DNA of 64,000 bases from a virus. Shown in pieces: positions 8,299 to 19,229 of this stretch. The position numbers and the translations under genes were made by a program. The notes under the pieces were generated by a model. The model did not search any database. It was not told the DNA's origin and saw only the letters and a list, made by a program, of their open reading frames with translations. Location of the stretch: the IMG/VR virus record IMGVR_UViG_3300045451_000008, positions 1-64,000 of that record; one strand, written 5' to 3'. Each line of letters starts with the position of its first letter. Positions within the stretch are counted from its first letter, which is position 1.

Positions 8299-10743
8299 GT
8301 GGGAATTCTTGACGCACCTCTTCGTTGGGGTGGCATCCGCGGCGACATCAAGGACCAGGACGACCTCGTCGCAGCTCTTGAGGCAGCAGTCGGCGGCGGA
8401 CCAGTGTCCAAGACCGTGCTCAACGTCAAGGACTTCGGGGCCAAGGGTGACGGCGTCGCAGACGACTGGGCAGCCATCGACGCAGCCTGTGACGCAGCGG
8501 AAGCCTCGCGAGGCACCACCGTCTTCTTCCCCGAGGGCGTCTACCTCATCTCCAAGAGCATCGGCAACGGGAGCACGGGCTACACGAGCGTCCGCCTGGA
8601 GGGCGACGGGGAGCTGGGCTCGACCATCAAGGTCACGACCAACGTCCCCGTCATCAACGGTGCCTGGTGGGTCTCGCGCATCAAGAATCTTGTTCTGGAC
8701 GCCGCAGGCAAGGGCTCGCCCTGCATCTCGGCTCACGTGGACAAGACCAAGCTGGAGGCTCTCCAGCTCCTGGGCTGGACCGGCCACGGCATGCGGCTCA
8801 ACGACGGCACCTTCGGTGACCTCGGGCTCCTGAACCGTATCATCGACTGCAACATCGACCAGAACACCGGCTACGGGATCTGGGCCACCTACCGCTTCAT
8901 CGACTCCTGGATCGCCAACAACAACATCGGCTCCTCTGAGGCCAACATCTCTGTCGAGGGCGGTCCTCTTCGCATCACGGACAACCACCTGGACGGTGCC
9001 CCGCGAATCAACATCGAGCTTCGAGGCAACAAGCGCATCACCATCACGGAGAACATCCTGGAGGGCGCACGGGAGTCCGCGATCACCTACACGATGCCGA
9101 GCTGGCTCTCGGGAGACAAGCCGGACATCCAGATCGTCGGCAACGCCTTCAGCAACGGTGGCAAGGCCGCAGCGGGCACCTACCCTGCCATCAAGATTCT
9201 CGGCGTTTCGGCCGACAAGCTCGTGCGCGGCTTCAACATCGTGGGCAACATCTTCGCCAACGAGGACGCAGGCGCCGGGTGGTCGTACATCATCGACGCG
9301 CAGTTCGCCGCAGGCATCTCTACCGCGGGCAACCAGTGGGAGACGGGCTTCACCACCTCCCCGGTGCGCTTCGTCTCCAGTGAGATGACGTCTATCGACA
9401 TCTCCGAAGGTGCCGCCTCCACCTTCTCTGTGTTCCGCACGAGCGTCTCGGACGCACTCGGGACCAAGGCGCCGCTCACGCACACCCACGAGCAGAGCGA
9501 CGTCAACGGCCTGGTCACAGCTCTCGCAGGCAAGGCCTTCACCTCGCACTCTCACCAGCAGAGCCAGGTCACCGGACTCACCGCAGCTCTGGACGGCAAG
9601 GCAGCGCTCTCCCACACGCACGCGCAGAGCGAGGTCACTGGGCTGACCACAGCGCTCGCAGCCAAGAGCGACAACGGCCATGTGCACCTTCCCACCGACA
9701 TCACGGGCCTGGTGGACGCGCAGGGGAAGATCCAGTCCAGCTTCCTCCCGCCCATCAGCGTCGTGGACGTCACGCCCGTGTCCTCGCAGGCAGCCATGCT
9801 CGCGCTCAACGCGGACAAGGGCGACGTCGCCATCCGCACCGACACGAACCAGACCTTCATCCTCTCCGCCAACACCCCCACGGTGCTCTCGGCGTGGAAG
9901 GAGATCGTCTCCCCGGCTGACGGGGTGCTCACGGTCAACGGACGCCAGGGGCCGAACATCTCAGGCCTCGCGGAGCAGACCGCGCTCGAGAATTTCGCGG
10001 GTGCTGTCACGACCCTCACGAACAACCAGGGCGCCGCCATCACCGAGCGAGAGCTTCTGGTGAACAAGAGCATCGACCCCGCACTCGGCGCTTCCGACAC
10101 GCTCTACTCCACGCAGAAGGCCGTCAAGACCTACGTGGACGCTCAGGTGGCCACTCGTGCAGCTCTGTCTCACACCCACACCACTGCGAACATCACGGGG
10201 CTCGACGCGACCCTTCAGAGCTTCGCCCCCATCACGCACTCCCACAACACCTCGCAGGTCACCGGCCTGGACGCCGCGCTGACCGCACGTGAGCTTGTGA
10301 CGAACAAGAGCACCGTGGTCACCCTGGGCAGCTCGGACACGCTCTACCCCTCTCAGAAGGCCGTCAAGACCTACACCGACACGCAGATCTCTACGCTCGC
10401 GTCGTCGCTAAACCGGCTCTCCAACCTCGCCACCTCTACCGCAGGCATCACGCCGGACCCGCTCACCTACTTCGAGTACGAGATCACGGCGCAGTCCACG
10501 TCTCTCACCATCGCCAACCCCAACGTGGTCCCGCCCAACGGCACCTCGCTCCAGTTCGTTGTCAAGGACAACGGGACCAACTTCCCGATCACCTGGGGCT
10601 CGGCCTACCACCCCACGTACTTCACGCTCCCGTCCCAGACCATGAACGGGACGGGAGTCACTAACAAGATTTTCGTCGTGGTCTTCCGCTACGACTCCAC
10701 CCGCGCACGGTGGGAGCTTCAGTCCTACCGCCAGGAGGCATAG
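8299..10743 (+). CDS. Tail spike/fibre: pectate-lyase-3-like beta-helix plus His-containing tail fibre repeats
   Basis: NVKDFGAKGDGVADDWAAI...TVFFPEGVY motif; several HTHxQSxVTGL repeats; duplicated RELxxNKS...SDTLYxxQKAVKTY unit. Confidence 0.8.
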   Translation: MGILDAPLRWGGIRGDIKDQDDLVAALEAAVGGGPVSKTVLNVKDFGAKGDGVADDWAAIDAACDAAEASRGTTVFFPEGVYLISKSIGNGSTGYTSVRLEGDGELGSTIKVTTNVPVINGAWWVSRIKNLVLDAAGKGSPCISAHVDKTKLEALQLLGWTGHGMRLNDGTFGDLGLLNRIIDCNIDQNTGYGIWATYRFIDSWIANNNIGSSEANISVEGGPLRITDNHLDGAPRINIELRGNKRITITENILEGARESAITYTMPSWLSGDKPDIQIVGNAFSNGGKAAAGTYPAIKILGVSADKLVRGFNIVGNIFANEDAGAGWSYIIDAQFAAGISTAGNQWETGFTTSPVRFVSSEMTSIDISEGAASTFSVFRTSVSDALGTKAPLTHTHEQSDVNGLVTALAGKAFTSHSHQQSQVTGLTAALDGKAALSHTHAQSEVTGLTTALAAKSDNGHVHLPTDITGLVDAQGKIQSSFLPPISVVDVTPVSSQAAMLALNADKGDVAIRTDTNQTFILSANTPTVLSAWKEIVSPADGVLTVNGRQGPNISGLAEQTALENFAGAVTTLTNNQGAAITERELLVNKSIDPALGASDTLYSTQKAVKTYVDAQVATRAALSHTHTTANITGLDATLQSFAPITHSHNTSQVTGLDAALTARELVTNKSTVVTLGSSDTLYPSQKAVKTYTDTQISTLASSLNRLSNLATSTAGITPDPLTYFEYEITAQSTSLTIANPNVVPPNGTSLQFVVKDNGTNFPITWGSAYHPTYFTLPSQTMNGTGVTNKIFVVVFRYDSTRARWELQSYRQEA

Positions 10744-11882
10744 TGGCCATCCTTCAGCGCGGCTTCCGTCAGGTCTCGACGGTCACCAACCTCAACCCGC
10801 GCCCGTACCCCACAGCAGACCTCACCGGCTACCTCGCCAACTTCGCCACGGGCGGTGCCGGTGACGTCAGCTACCAGACCACGGGCGGTCCTCTAGGCCT
10901 CCCCTACTTCCGCATGACTTGGACGGCAGCATCGACCGAGCTGAGCCGGGGTGTCGAGGTGCCGATCACCAACAGCATCACGCCGGGCCTGACGTACACC
11001 CTCAGTGGTTGGATTCGAGTGAACCGCTCGCAGTCCATCGTCACCACAGCTCTTCCCACCAACTCCAGCGGCGCAGGCATCGCGAACTCCTTCGGCCCCG
11101 TGGTCAACCAGCAGGTCAACGTCTGGCACTGGGGCTCCGTCACGTTCGTAGCGCCCGCAGGCTCCGTGGGCGTGAGTGCGCGCTTCTACTCCAACAGCAC
11201 CAACGGCGGCACTGTCTGGGCCGTGGGCGACACTCTCGACGTCTCGGGCATCTTGCTGACGCAGGGACAGCCCACGCCCTACTTCGATGGCAACAGCACC
11301 GGAGCCTCGTGGGCGGGAACGCCGGGTGCTTCACGCTCCAGCACTCCGACCATCGACGGGATCTGGCCGCTGGCTCGCCTGAACGACATGGGGCAGCTCC
11401 TGCACTCGCAGGGGCACACGGGAGGGGCGAACGTCCTCCTGCCCAACCCGCTTCCGTCGAACACGCCGATGACCATGTACACCGCGCACGCGACAGGGAC
11501 GACCACCCACCGCGCCAACTTCGTGAATTCCTCAGGCACTTCCGTGCTCGCCACTGGCCGCAACTCCGCAGGCTCCGGGTGGTTCATCCTCGCCATGAAC
11601 ACTTCGGGCACCGCGATTGCTCCTAACACATCCAGGTCCACAGGACCCAACGTGGTCGCCGGGGTGCGCGAGCAGACGCTGCTTCTGGTCCACTCCCTCG
11701 CAGGCAACCAGCTCAACGCCGGGCAGGCCATCAGTGGCTGGCCTCCGGCTACCTCCATCATGGAGCGTGTGAACGCCTCCAGTGACGTGCGCAACGTGGA
11801 GGTTTGGGCCGGTGTGCACGCCGCCGACATCCGCTACGCCCGTATGTCGCAGATTCGCACGACGTACGGCATCGCTGTCTGA
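10743..11882 (+). CDS. Minor tail protein with a carbohydrate-binding-module-like domain
   Basis: GTG overlaps the upstream stop; TNLNPRP...PGLTYTLSGWIR...YFDG...WAGTPGASRS is typical of actinophage minor tail proteins. Confidence 0.65.
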   Translation: MAILQRGFRQVSTVTNLNPRPYPTADLTGYLANFATGGAGDVSYQTTGGPLGLPYFRMTWTAASTELSRGVEVPITNSITPGLTYTLSGWIRVNRSQSIVTTALPTNSSGAGIANSFGPVVNQQVNVWHWGSVTFVAPAGSVGVSARFYSNSTNGGTVWAVGDTLDVSGILLTQGQPTPYFDGNSTGASWAGTPGASRSSTPTIDGIWPLARLNDMGQLLHSQGHTGGANVLLPNPLPSNTPMTMYTAHATGTTTHRANFVNSSGTSVLATGRNSAGSGWFILAMNTSGTAIAPNTSRSTGPNVVAGVREQTLLLVHSLAGNQLNAGQAISGWPPATSIMERVNASSDVRNVEVWAGVHAADIRYARMSQIRTTYGIAV

Positions 11883-11918
11883 GTTGACATCTGTCATCTC
11901 TTTTGGCATTCTCAACCC

Positions 11919-12215
11919 ATGACTCCTACCAATCGAGACCTGGCCATAGCCAAGGCGCAGCGCGCTCGCAAGTGGCGCAACATCCGGGACAACACCATCA
12001 TCGGCATCGTGGGAACGTTCGCGGTCCTGGGCATCATCGCGCTCTGGCTTCTCATCCCCGCAGCGCTCATCGCCAGCTCCTGGGCCATCGCCAACGGCGC
12101 CCTCGCCATCGTCAAGGGTGACCCTGAGGTGTGGGACGTCGCGTGGCTCATCCTGGGCGGCGTCTTCCTCGTGAGCTTCCTCGCCGTGGTCTTCAAGCGG
12201 AAGGCCAAGGCGTGA
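11919..12215 (+). CDS. Small membrane protein
   Basis: Leaderless ATG after the promoter motif; two to three hydrophobic segments. Confidence 0.7.
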   Translation: MTPTNRDLAIAKAQRARKWRNIRDNTIIGIVGTFAVLGIIALWLLIPAALIASSWAIANGALAIVKGDPEVWDVAWLILGGVFLVSFLAVVFKRKAKA

Positions 12216-12574
12216 GCAGCATCTTCTCGGGCACCATCACAGCCATCACGATGGATGCCGGGGCCAGCTACAACAACCGCTTCGGTGGCTTCGCCATTGC
12301 CGAGGGGTGGGCTGACCCGAACGACGCGGACGACTGGACCCGCTTCGCCTTCAAGAGCGAGAAGCAGGCCAAGAAGTTCGCCAAGACCTTCAAGGTCGGA
12401 GACACCATCGAGGGCCTCTACACCTACTCCGGTGCTACGGACGTGCTGGAGAGCTACGAGACTCCCGAGGGCACGTCCGCACCTGAGCTGGCGAAGCGCG
12501 TCACCGAGCTGGAGCGCTTGGTCAAGCTCCTTGTCGAAAACAACAACGGTCCCACCAACTACTTCATCGACTAG
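12212..12574 (+). CDS. Hypothetical protein
   Basis: GTGA overlap with the upstream gene; typical codon use. Confidence 0.6.
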   Translation: MSSIFSGTITAITMDAGASYNNRFGGFAIAEGWADPNDADDWTRFAFKSEKQAKKFAKTFKVGDTIEGLYTYSGATDVLESYETPEGTSAPELAKRVTELERLVKLLVENNNGPTNYFID

Positions 12575-12589
12575 GAGCAAACAAGAATC

Positions 12590-12847
12590 ATGGGTCAACG
12601 ACGAATCACCATCGAGGTGACCGAGCAGCAGGCAGCGGCCATCGCCTACGCCATGGAGCGAGCTGGCATGGTCAACTTCACACAGAAGCAGGCGGGTGCC
12701 AACGGTCGCACCTCGGAGTGGAGGAAGTTCCAAGAAGCTCTCGCCATCGTGCGCGAGGCCACCCAGGGGCTCAAGGTCTTCGAGACCTTCCCCAAGAGCA
12801 TCCCCAAGCTCCCGGCCAACCGTGGCGGACTGTCGAGGTTTCGATGA
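12590..12847 (+). CDS. Hypothetical protein
   Basis: AGGAG RBS; ATGA overlap with the next gene. Confidence 0.6.
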   Translation: MGQRRITIEVTEQQAAAIAYAMERAGMVNFTQKQAGANGRTSEWRKFQEALAIVREATQGLKVFETFPKSIPKLPANRGGLSRFR

Positions 12848-13390
12848 GTGCCGCGACGGGAATCTTCATCGGTGGACCGCTGGACGGTGAGATCCGCGCT
12901 ATGACGGTGGACATGAAGGGTGAGCCCGCCATCGTGCAGAACCTCATGCTTCGAGTCGACAACTTCCGGCATCACCAGGGCGTGAACCCGGACGACGAGG
13001 TGCAGCTCATCCACCGCCAGTACTTCCGCATGCGGTTGCCCAACGACGATGGGACGTGGAACTACATCTACGTCCCCGGACCTCAAGGAGAGACCTCGTG
13101 AGCACTCTCGCGCCCGGCTTCGAGAACTACGCCCCGCTGTCGATGGACCACACGGCGCAGGATCTCCGTCCTGGTCACGTCATCGGCATCCAGTTCAACA
13201 CCTACGGCTACATCTCCCTGGCGGAGGTCATCTCCGTGGACCACAACGCTCGCGGCTACGTCGAGGTCTGCTACGTGTGGCTCTCTGCCGATACGGCGTG
13301 GCCGGGGAACAGCATGCCCAACGGCTTCATCGCCTTCAAGCCCTCGCAGTGGGTCACTCAGTACCGGTACCTCCGGGACTCCACTGAGTA

Positions 13391-13672
13391 GTGGGAGAGA
13401 TTCGACACGGCACGTTCTACAGCTACAACCAGCTCCGGTGCCGGTGCGTCACGTGCCGAGACTTCTGGGCCGTGTACCAGCGCATGCGCCGGGGTGGCAG
13501 TGAGAACCCTTCCAGGCCTCCGCACGGTACGGCGAACTGCTACCGCAACGGGTGCAGGCAGGACGAGTGCCGAGAAGCACACCGGGTCTACATGGCCGAC
13601 TACCGCAGGACGGTCAAGGAGCGGCAGACGCAGCAGCGTGCGGCCAATCGACGTCGAGCCATGGGGAGTTGA
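13391..13672 (+). CDS. Cys/His-rich protein with two HGT..Y...CR...CR repeats
   Basis: HGTFYSYNQLRCRCVTCR and HGTANCYRNGCRQDECR; likely Zn-binding. Confidence 0.65.
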   Translation: MGEIRHGTFYSYNQLRCRCVTCRDFWAVYQRMRRGGSENPSRPPHGTANCYRNGCRQDECREAHRVYMADYRRTVKERQTQQRAANRRRAMGS

Positions 13673-13725
13673 CATATGTCAACCACAACCGCATACTGAT
13701 AGGACACAAGCACAAGGAGCACATC

Positions 13726-14025
13726 ATGAAGACCGGAACCCACAGCATCGACCGCCTCAAGGCACGAGCGGCCACCCACGGCATCACGCTCTGGTCGCAG
13801 CACGAGCACTACATCGCCTACGCGCAGCTCACGGACGCCGACTTCATGGAGATGGACTTCGACGCCTTCTTCAACTTCACGCAGGCCGTGGACTTCACCT
13901 TCGTGGGCGAGGCGGACTCGTACGTCGAGCTTCAGGCCAAGCTCAAGGGCAACAACGTCATCGCCCCCGTCGAGGCCACGATGATGGTCCGCGACGGCCT
14001 GTGGTTCGAGAAGAACCCCGCATGA
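13726..14025 (+). CDS. Hypothetical protein
   Basis: AAGGAG RBS downstream of the promoter motif at 13666. Confidence 0.65.
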   Translation: MKTGTHSIDRLKARAATHGITLWSQHEHYIAYAQLTDADFMEMDFDAFFNFTQAVDFTFVGEADSYVELQAKLKGNNVIAPVEATMMVRDGLWFEKNPA

Positions 14026-14762
14026 CCCGCCGACCGCACGCCAAGATCTTCAAGCACGGCGGGACGTGGTACTACAACGTCCACGACAGCGCGGACCGCG
14101 TCGTCTTCACCGACAACACGGGGTCGTGGCCTCCCATGCTGGAAGCAGCTCTTCGCCGTGTCGTCGCCGTTCGTGAGATCGAGTCCCTGCACCTTCGTCT
14201 CCCGCTCTACTCGGACCTCGTGGAGGCAGAGTTCGAGCACCACGGCATCCCGCCCGAGCAGTTGACCATCCAGCCGTTCGATGACTTCAGCAAGGCGGAC
14301 GGACCCATCGAGGATGCGGACTGGAAGAAGAATCCGGACTTCTTCGCTCGTCAGCGTGAGATAGACGAGGGCCACGCCACGGTGAACAGGCTGGTCGCTG
14401 ACCTGGAGAGTGCACCGGTTCTTCCTACTCGTCCTCCCAAGGAGGAACAGTGGCTCCGCATGGAGGCAGCCGACTGGCAGCTCCACCATCCGAACGAGGT
14501 CTGGGAGTGGGAGAACGGCGAAGGATTCACCGTGCTGGGCACACACGACAGCGACGAGGCGCTCACCCGCGTCCGCTACCACCTCCTGACGACGCTGGGC
14601 AGCATGAACGAGGTGCTGGGCGCTCTGCCCTACCGCCACAGCTTCAGCGAGGCACGGCGCCTGTGGGTCAACCCCAAGCGCTACGAGGACGACTTCCCTG
14701 CCGAGCAGGGTCACAAGCACTGGTGGTTCGGTCGCCAGCGCATCATGCTCATCAAGATCTAG
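14022..14762 (+). CDS. Hypothetical protein
   Basis: ATGA overlap; typical codon use. Confidence 0.6.
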   Translation: MTRRPHAKIFKHGGTWYYNVHDSADRVVFTDNTGSWPPMLEAALRRVVAVREIESLHLRLPLYSDLVEAEFEHHGIPPEQLTIQPFDDFSKADGPIEDADWKKNPDFFARQREIDEGHATVNRLVADLESAPVLPTRPPKEEQWLRMEAADWQLHHPNEVWEWENGEGFTVLGTHDSDEALTRVRYHLLTTLGSMNEVLGALPYRHSFSEARRLWVNPKRYEDDFPAEQGHKHWWFGRQRIMLIKI

Positions 14763-14772
14763 GAGAACAGCC

Positions 14773-15024
14773 ATGACTCAGGACGAGACACAGCAGCAGC
14801 AGCAGCAGCAGCAGCGCAACACCGAGGCGGGGTGGAGTGCCTTCATGTACGTCGGCATCGCCTTCGCCATCGCGGCAGCCTTCGTCGGCGCCATCATCTT
14901 CGGTGGGCAGGCCATGACCCGCGCACACGAGGAGGGCACCAAGCGCATCGCGGAGTGCGTCGAGGCCGGGGGCTCGTGGATCAACACCACGCAGCTCTGC
15001 ATCAACGACGGGAACGAGGAGTGA
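14773..15024 (+). CDS. Small membrane protein with an N-terminal poly-Gln run
   Basis: AGGAG RBS; (CAG)8 at 14791-14814; one TM helix; C-terminal CxxxGGxW...C. Confidence 0.7.
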   Translation: MTQDETQQQQQQQQRNTEAGWSAFMYVGIAFAIAAAFVGAIIFGGQAMTRAHEEGTKRIAECVEAGGSWINTTQLCINDGNEE

Positions 15025-15068
15025 GCGAAGACGCCTGATTCCAAGGCGGAGCTGGGAGGATAGACGAC

Positions 15069-15407
15069 ATGCTTCCCAACAAGAATTCAGATGGCCAGGA
15101 CCTCTCCCGACAGGCCTACGACATCGAAATCGCAGCGCAGCGACAGTTCCGGAGGATGGCACGGCTCATCCGTGGTTTCTTCCTCTTCCTGGTCACCGTC
15201 GCCGTTGCCGTCTTCTACACCTCTGGTGTGTGGCAGGACGGCATGCTCCTGGTCCTCTTCGCCACGCTGGCGCTGATGACCGTACAGATGATGAAAGTGC
15301 TCTACGCGCTGATGCTGGCCGTAGGAGCGAACCGTAGCTACATCCACTACCTGGAGGACACACGTGGGACGACACAGCAAGGACCCCGAGCAGCCGAAGA
15401 AGACTGA
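15069..15407 (+). CDS. Two-TM membrane protein
   Basis: GGAGG RBS; two hydrophobic helices. Confidence 0.6.
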   Translation: MLPNKNSDGQDLSRQAYDIEIAAQRQFRRMARLIRGFFLFLVTVAVAVFYTSGVWQDGMLLVLFATLALMTVQMMKVLYALMLAVGANRSYIHYLEDTRGTTQQGPRAAEED

Positions 15408-16151
15408 CGAGCGGACCGAGGAGTGGTTGGCACGACTCGACGGGCTGAACCAGCGTCGTCTGGAAGCTCTGGAGCAGCTCCGGGTCCAGCCCCTGCCCAC
15501 TCGTGCCACCTCAGTAATGCTCCCGCGCCTCATCGAGGAGGAGTTGAGCAGGGAGGTCATGGCCAGGCTGGTGGAGCCCATGCAGCAGCCCCGCTCCTTC
15601 GTGGACAGCTTCAACGATGAGCACTTGCCCTGGGACACCCAGCTCCCTCCGGTGACCCGCACGCCGCGCATCCGCCCGCTGGTCGAGACCCGTCACGGGG
15701 TGACGTACATCAAGGACGAGATGACGTACTACTACCGGAGCGCTCGTCTGATGCGTTACCCCCGCCTCAGCGAGGACAGCCTGGACGCCATCGAGCAGGG
15801 CATGCGCAAGCAGCCCATCGACACGCACGTGACGAGGAAGCCGTGAGCGAGCGCGAGGCCGGTCACTTCTGGAACAGGTGCCCCAGCCGCAACAAGACCG
15901 ATTACCGCCGAGGAGCCAGGTGTGAGGGAAAGAAGAATCACATCGGCTCCCACTTCGCAGATGACGGCTTCTACGACCTGGAGTGGGAGGACGACCATGG
16001 CAACGCGTGAGACCCTCTGCCCTGTCTGCTACGAGTCGCTGGGCACCGTCACCCTCATCAGCCCTCTCCTGTCCGTGGAAGAGGACGCGCTGACCATCGA
16101 GCGAGCCATGGCTCCCCTCGTGCGTGAGCACATCAACAAGGAGCACGCGTC

Positions 16152-16484
16152 ATGAACTGGAACATCCTGCACCCCCGAGCAGCCAAGAAGCACAAGTGCT
16201 TCATGTGCTTCCGCATCATCGACAAGGGTGAGGTCTACCTCAAGGGCTCTGCCTTCGGTGAGGGCTCCGCTTGGACGTGGTACGAGTGCGCGCACTGTGA
16301 GGCCATCCGGAAGCTCTACGACATCCAGGACGAGGACAGCGGTGAGTACAACGAGGAGATGCTCATGTGCTGGGCCGAGGATGCTGGAGGACACGACCTT
16401 CGTCAGCTCCGTCATGCAGCGGGCTACCGCATGAAGTGGCGGACCCGACAGGGCACGCTCCTGCCCATCCCCACCGCAGCATGA
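16152..16484 (+). CDS. Zn-finger-like hypothetical protein
   Basis: RAAKKHKCFMC...IDKGEVY...CAHC pattern. Confidence 0.6.
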   Translation: MNWNILHPRAAKKHKCFMCFRIIDKGEVYLKGSAFGEGSAWTWYECAHCEAIRKLYDIQDEDSGEYNEEMLMCWAEDAGGHDLRQLRHAAGYRMKWRTRQGTLLPIPTAA

Positions 16485-16630
16485 ACATGAATCACGCGCC
16501 GCGGCCCGGTCCTCTGTACTGGAGCTGGCGCTGTCTCGTGTGCAGCGAGCCCGTGCGTAATCACCCGTCATGGTTTAGGCGATTGTTCTTTAGGGTTGAC
16601 AACTGACAACTCCTATGGTTAGTTAGTCAT

Positions 16631-16870
16631 ATGAGCAGCAGCGACACCCCCCGACTCTCCCGGGCACAGGAAGAACTCCTCGGAGCCCTCTCCCGCATCG
16701 AGCCCGCCTTCCCGCAGGACCTGGCCAAGAAGATCTACGGCACGCCCAACTCCCTCCGTGTCGGCTGGGTGCGCAACACCCTCAACGACCTGCGCCGCAA
16801 GGGCCTGGCCACCTTCGAGGACTCCGGCACGTCCAAGGGCCTCATCTGGAGCACGGTGGCCAAGAGCTGA
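16631..16870 (+). CDS. Winged-helix DNA-binding protein
   Basis: LSRAQEELL...PQDLAKKI...VRNTLNDLRRKGLA...W pattern; leaderless start after the promoter motif. Confidence 0.6.
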   Translation: MSSSDTPRLSRAQEELLGALSRIEPAFPQDLAKKIYGTPNSLRVGWVRNTLNDLRRKGLATFEDSGTSKGLIWSTVAKS

Positions 16871-17111
16871 TGGGCGCCCGCAACCCGTTCGAGCTTCTCA
16901 CCGACGAGGCCGACATCGCGTGCCAGGAGGGATGCGACAACGAGCTGGACCTCATCGAGCGGCTGACCAACGCCCTCACGGTGCAGACCGAGAAGCTCCT
17001 CAGCATCAGCCTCACCATCGCTGACATCAACCTGGGTGTGCGCACGCGTCACAGTGCCATCAACAAGATTCGCAAGCTCTCGGCTGAGAGCTACAACCTG
17101 AAGGAAGCATC

Positions 17112-17483
17112 ATGAGCAAGCAGATCACCACCGTGGACGACATCACGGGCGAAGAGGGCGCCGAGCCGCGTCGCTTCAGTCTCGACGGGACGACCTTCGA
17201 GATCGACCTGACGCCCGAGAGCTACAACACGCTCGCGGAGTTCCTCACCCCGTACATCGAGGCCGGGCGCACCGTGAGCACCAGCAAGGCCTCCACGAGC
17301 AGCACGCAGCGCAGCCGCACCGGCTCCCCGCGCCGGGCCAAGATCGACCAGATCCGGGCCTGGGCCGACAAGCACGGCATCGCGCTCCCCAGCCGTGGGC
17401 GCATCCCCGCGCACATCGAGGAGGCCTTCGACCGCGGTGGCTTCACGCGTGAGCAGCTCGACGCCATGGACGAGGAGAGCTGA
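17112..17483 (+). CDS. lsr2: Lsr2-like nucleoid-associated protein
   Basis: N-terminal DDITG...FSLDGTTFEIDL...L.PYI.AGR; C-terminal IRAWA..HG.....RGRIP AT-hook. Confidence 0.93.
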   Translation: MSKQITTVDDITGEEGAEPRRFSLDGTTFEIDLTPESYNTLAEFLTPYIEAGRTVSTSKASTSSTQRSRTGSPRRAKIDQIRAWADKHGIALPSRGRIPAHIEEAFDRGGFTREQLDAMDEES

Positions 17484-19229
17484 GCCATGGGCGCCATCAA
17501 GAATCTTCTCTCGGAGCTGGCACGCCGCTTCGATGAGAGCGTCCTCTCCGAGGTCCGTGAGGCCTTCCGCAGCACCTACGAGGACGAGGACACCGTCCCC
17601 ATGGCCTACTGGAACGACGAGAACCTCTGATGGGCGCGCAGGAGCGTGCAGCAGCGCTGGAGCAGGCCAGGACCACCAACGCGGCCACTCTCGTCATCGA
17701 GGCTCTGGAAGGCGAGGACCACGAGTTCGGACTTGTGGCCACCTCTGCCATCTACCGCATCCATGGAGCCCTGGAGACCGTGCAGGAGCGTCTGCGCGTG
17801 CAGGCTCGCACCATCAAGGACATCCGTGCCATCGTGCATTACTACGACGAGACCAGCTCCTCCGTGGCTCCGGCACTCCTCAAGGAGCTGAAGGAGGCGC
17901 TGGGCCTGTGAGCAGGGATGAAGAAGCAGAACTGAGCATCATCGATGCGCTCCGTCATGAGCGCGTCAGGCAGGAGCGAGAGCTGAGCCGAACGCTGGAG
18001 AACATGCACCAGCACGGTGAGTTCCTCATCAAGGACCACATCGGCAGCAACCTCATCAGCCCCATCCAGAACGGCGGGGAGTTCTACATCACGCGCAACG
18101 GCGTGGACATGGTCGTGAGGGTGGAACTCCTGTGAGCTACGAGGAGAACCCCATCCCCTTCGTCCAGTGCGGCTACACCTACGAGGTGGACGACCGTTGC
18201 CAGTGTGTCGAGGAGCGAGGCCACCCGGGCATGCACAAGTGCCTGCACGAGCGGGCAGCCGAGAAGCTCAACAAGATTCTGGCGCAGGACCGGCTGGAAT
18301 CAGCGGCTCGCAACCTCAGCAGCCAAGCACGCTCCGTGTACAGCATGACCACCCTCCACGACCTCAAGGAGACCACGATGATCCCCGACCCCGAGCACGT
18401 CACCGCGCCCTACCAGCCCCCTCGCACCCCGTACGAGCTGAACGTGCACATCAACCCCACGAGTGCAGCGACGCCTGACGTGCACGCCATCGCGGCAGCT
18501 CTTCGCAAGCAGACCGACATCAACTCGCGCCAGCAGCGTCACATCGACTACCTGGAGCGCCGTCTCGTGGTTCTGGAGGCCAAGAAGTGAACCTCGTGGA
18601 CATCGAGGCCACTGTGTGGGAGCAACGACGCACGCGCTACCCCAACCTCCACCCGCGCATCATCCGCATCCGGAAGGATGACTTCGACGGCGTGCGCTTC
18701 GAGGTCGCTCACATCGACAGGGTCGGCTCGCTGACCTGGAAGCTCTCCGCGCGCTCCATGAAGTTCAAGAACCTCCTCAAGGAGTACAAGCTCTCCGAGA
18801 ACGGGATGATCGAGCGAGGCGGTGTCCTCTACGGGCTGGGCGCGGGCTCTCTGTCCTGGGCGCCGCTGACCGTCATCGCCCTCAGCACCAACACCGGGCA
18901 CATCCTGACCAACACTGCACCGGACACAGTCCCGCAGACGCAGCAGCTCACCCTCTCGCAGGCCCGAGAGATGCAGGCCCTCGTGGACCGGTTCAAGGCC
19001 GAGGCCGAACAGGAGCTGAATCGCACGTGGTAGACAACGCCTACTACTTCCCCGTCCACACCATCTTCTCCACCCACGACATCCCCGCGCGGCTTCGCAC
19101 TGACGGGAGCTACTTCCCCGAGGCGGGCCACAGGCTCTCCACCCTCTGCCGGTGCAATCCGACCTCAGGAGCCATGAGCCACATGCTGGACAACGTGGGC
19201 CATTACCGACTGTTCAAGGAAGAAGAATC

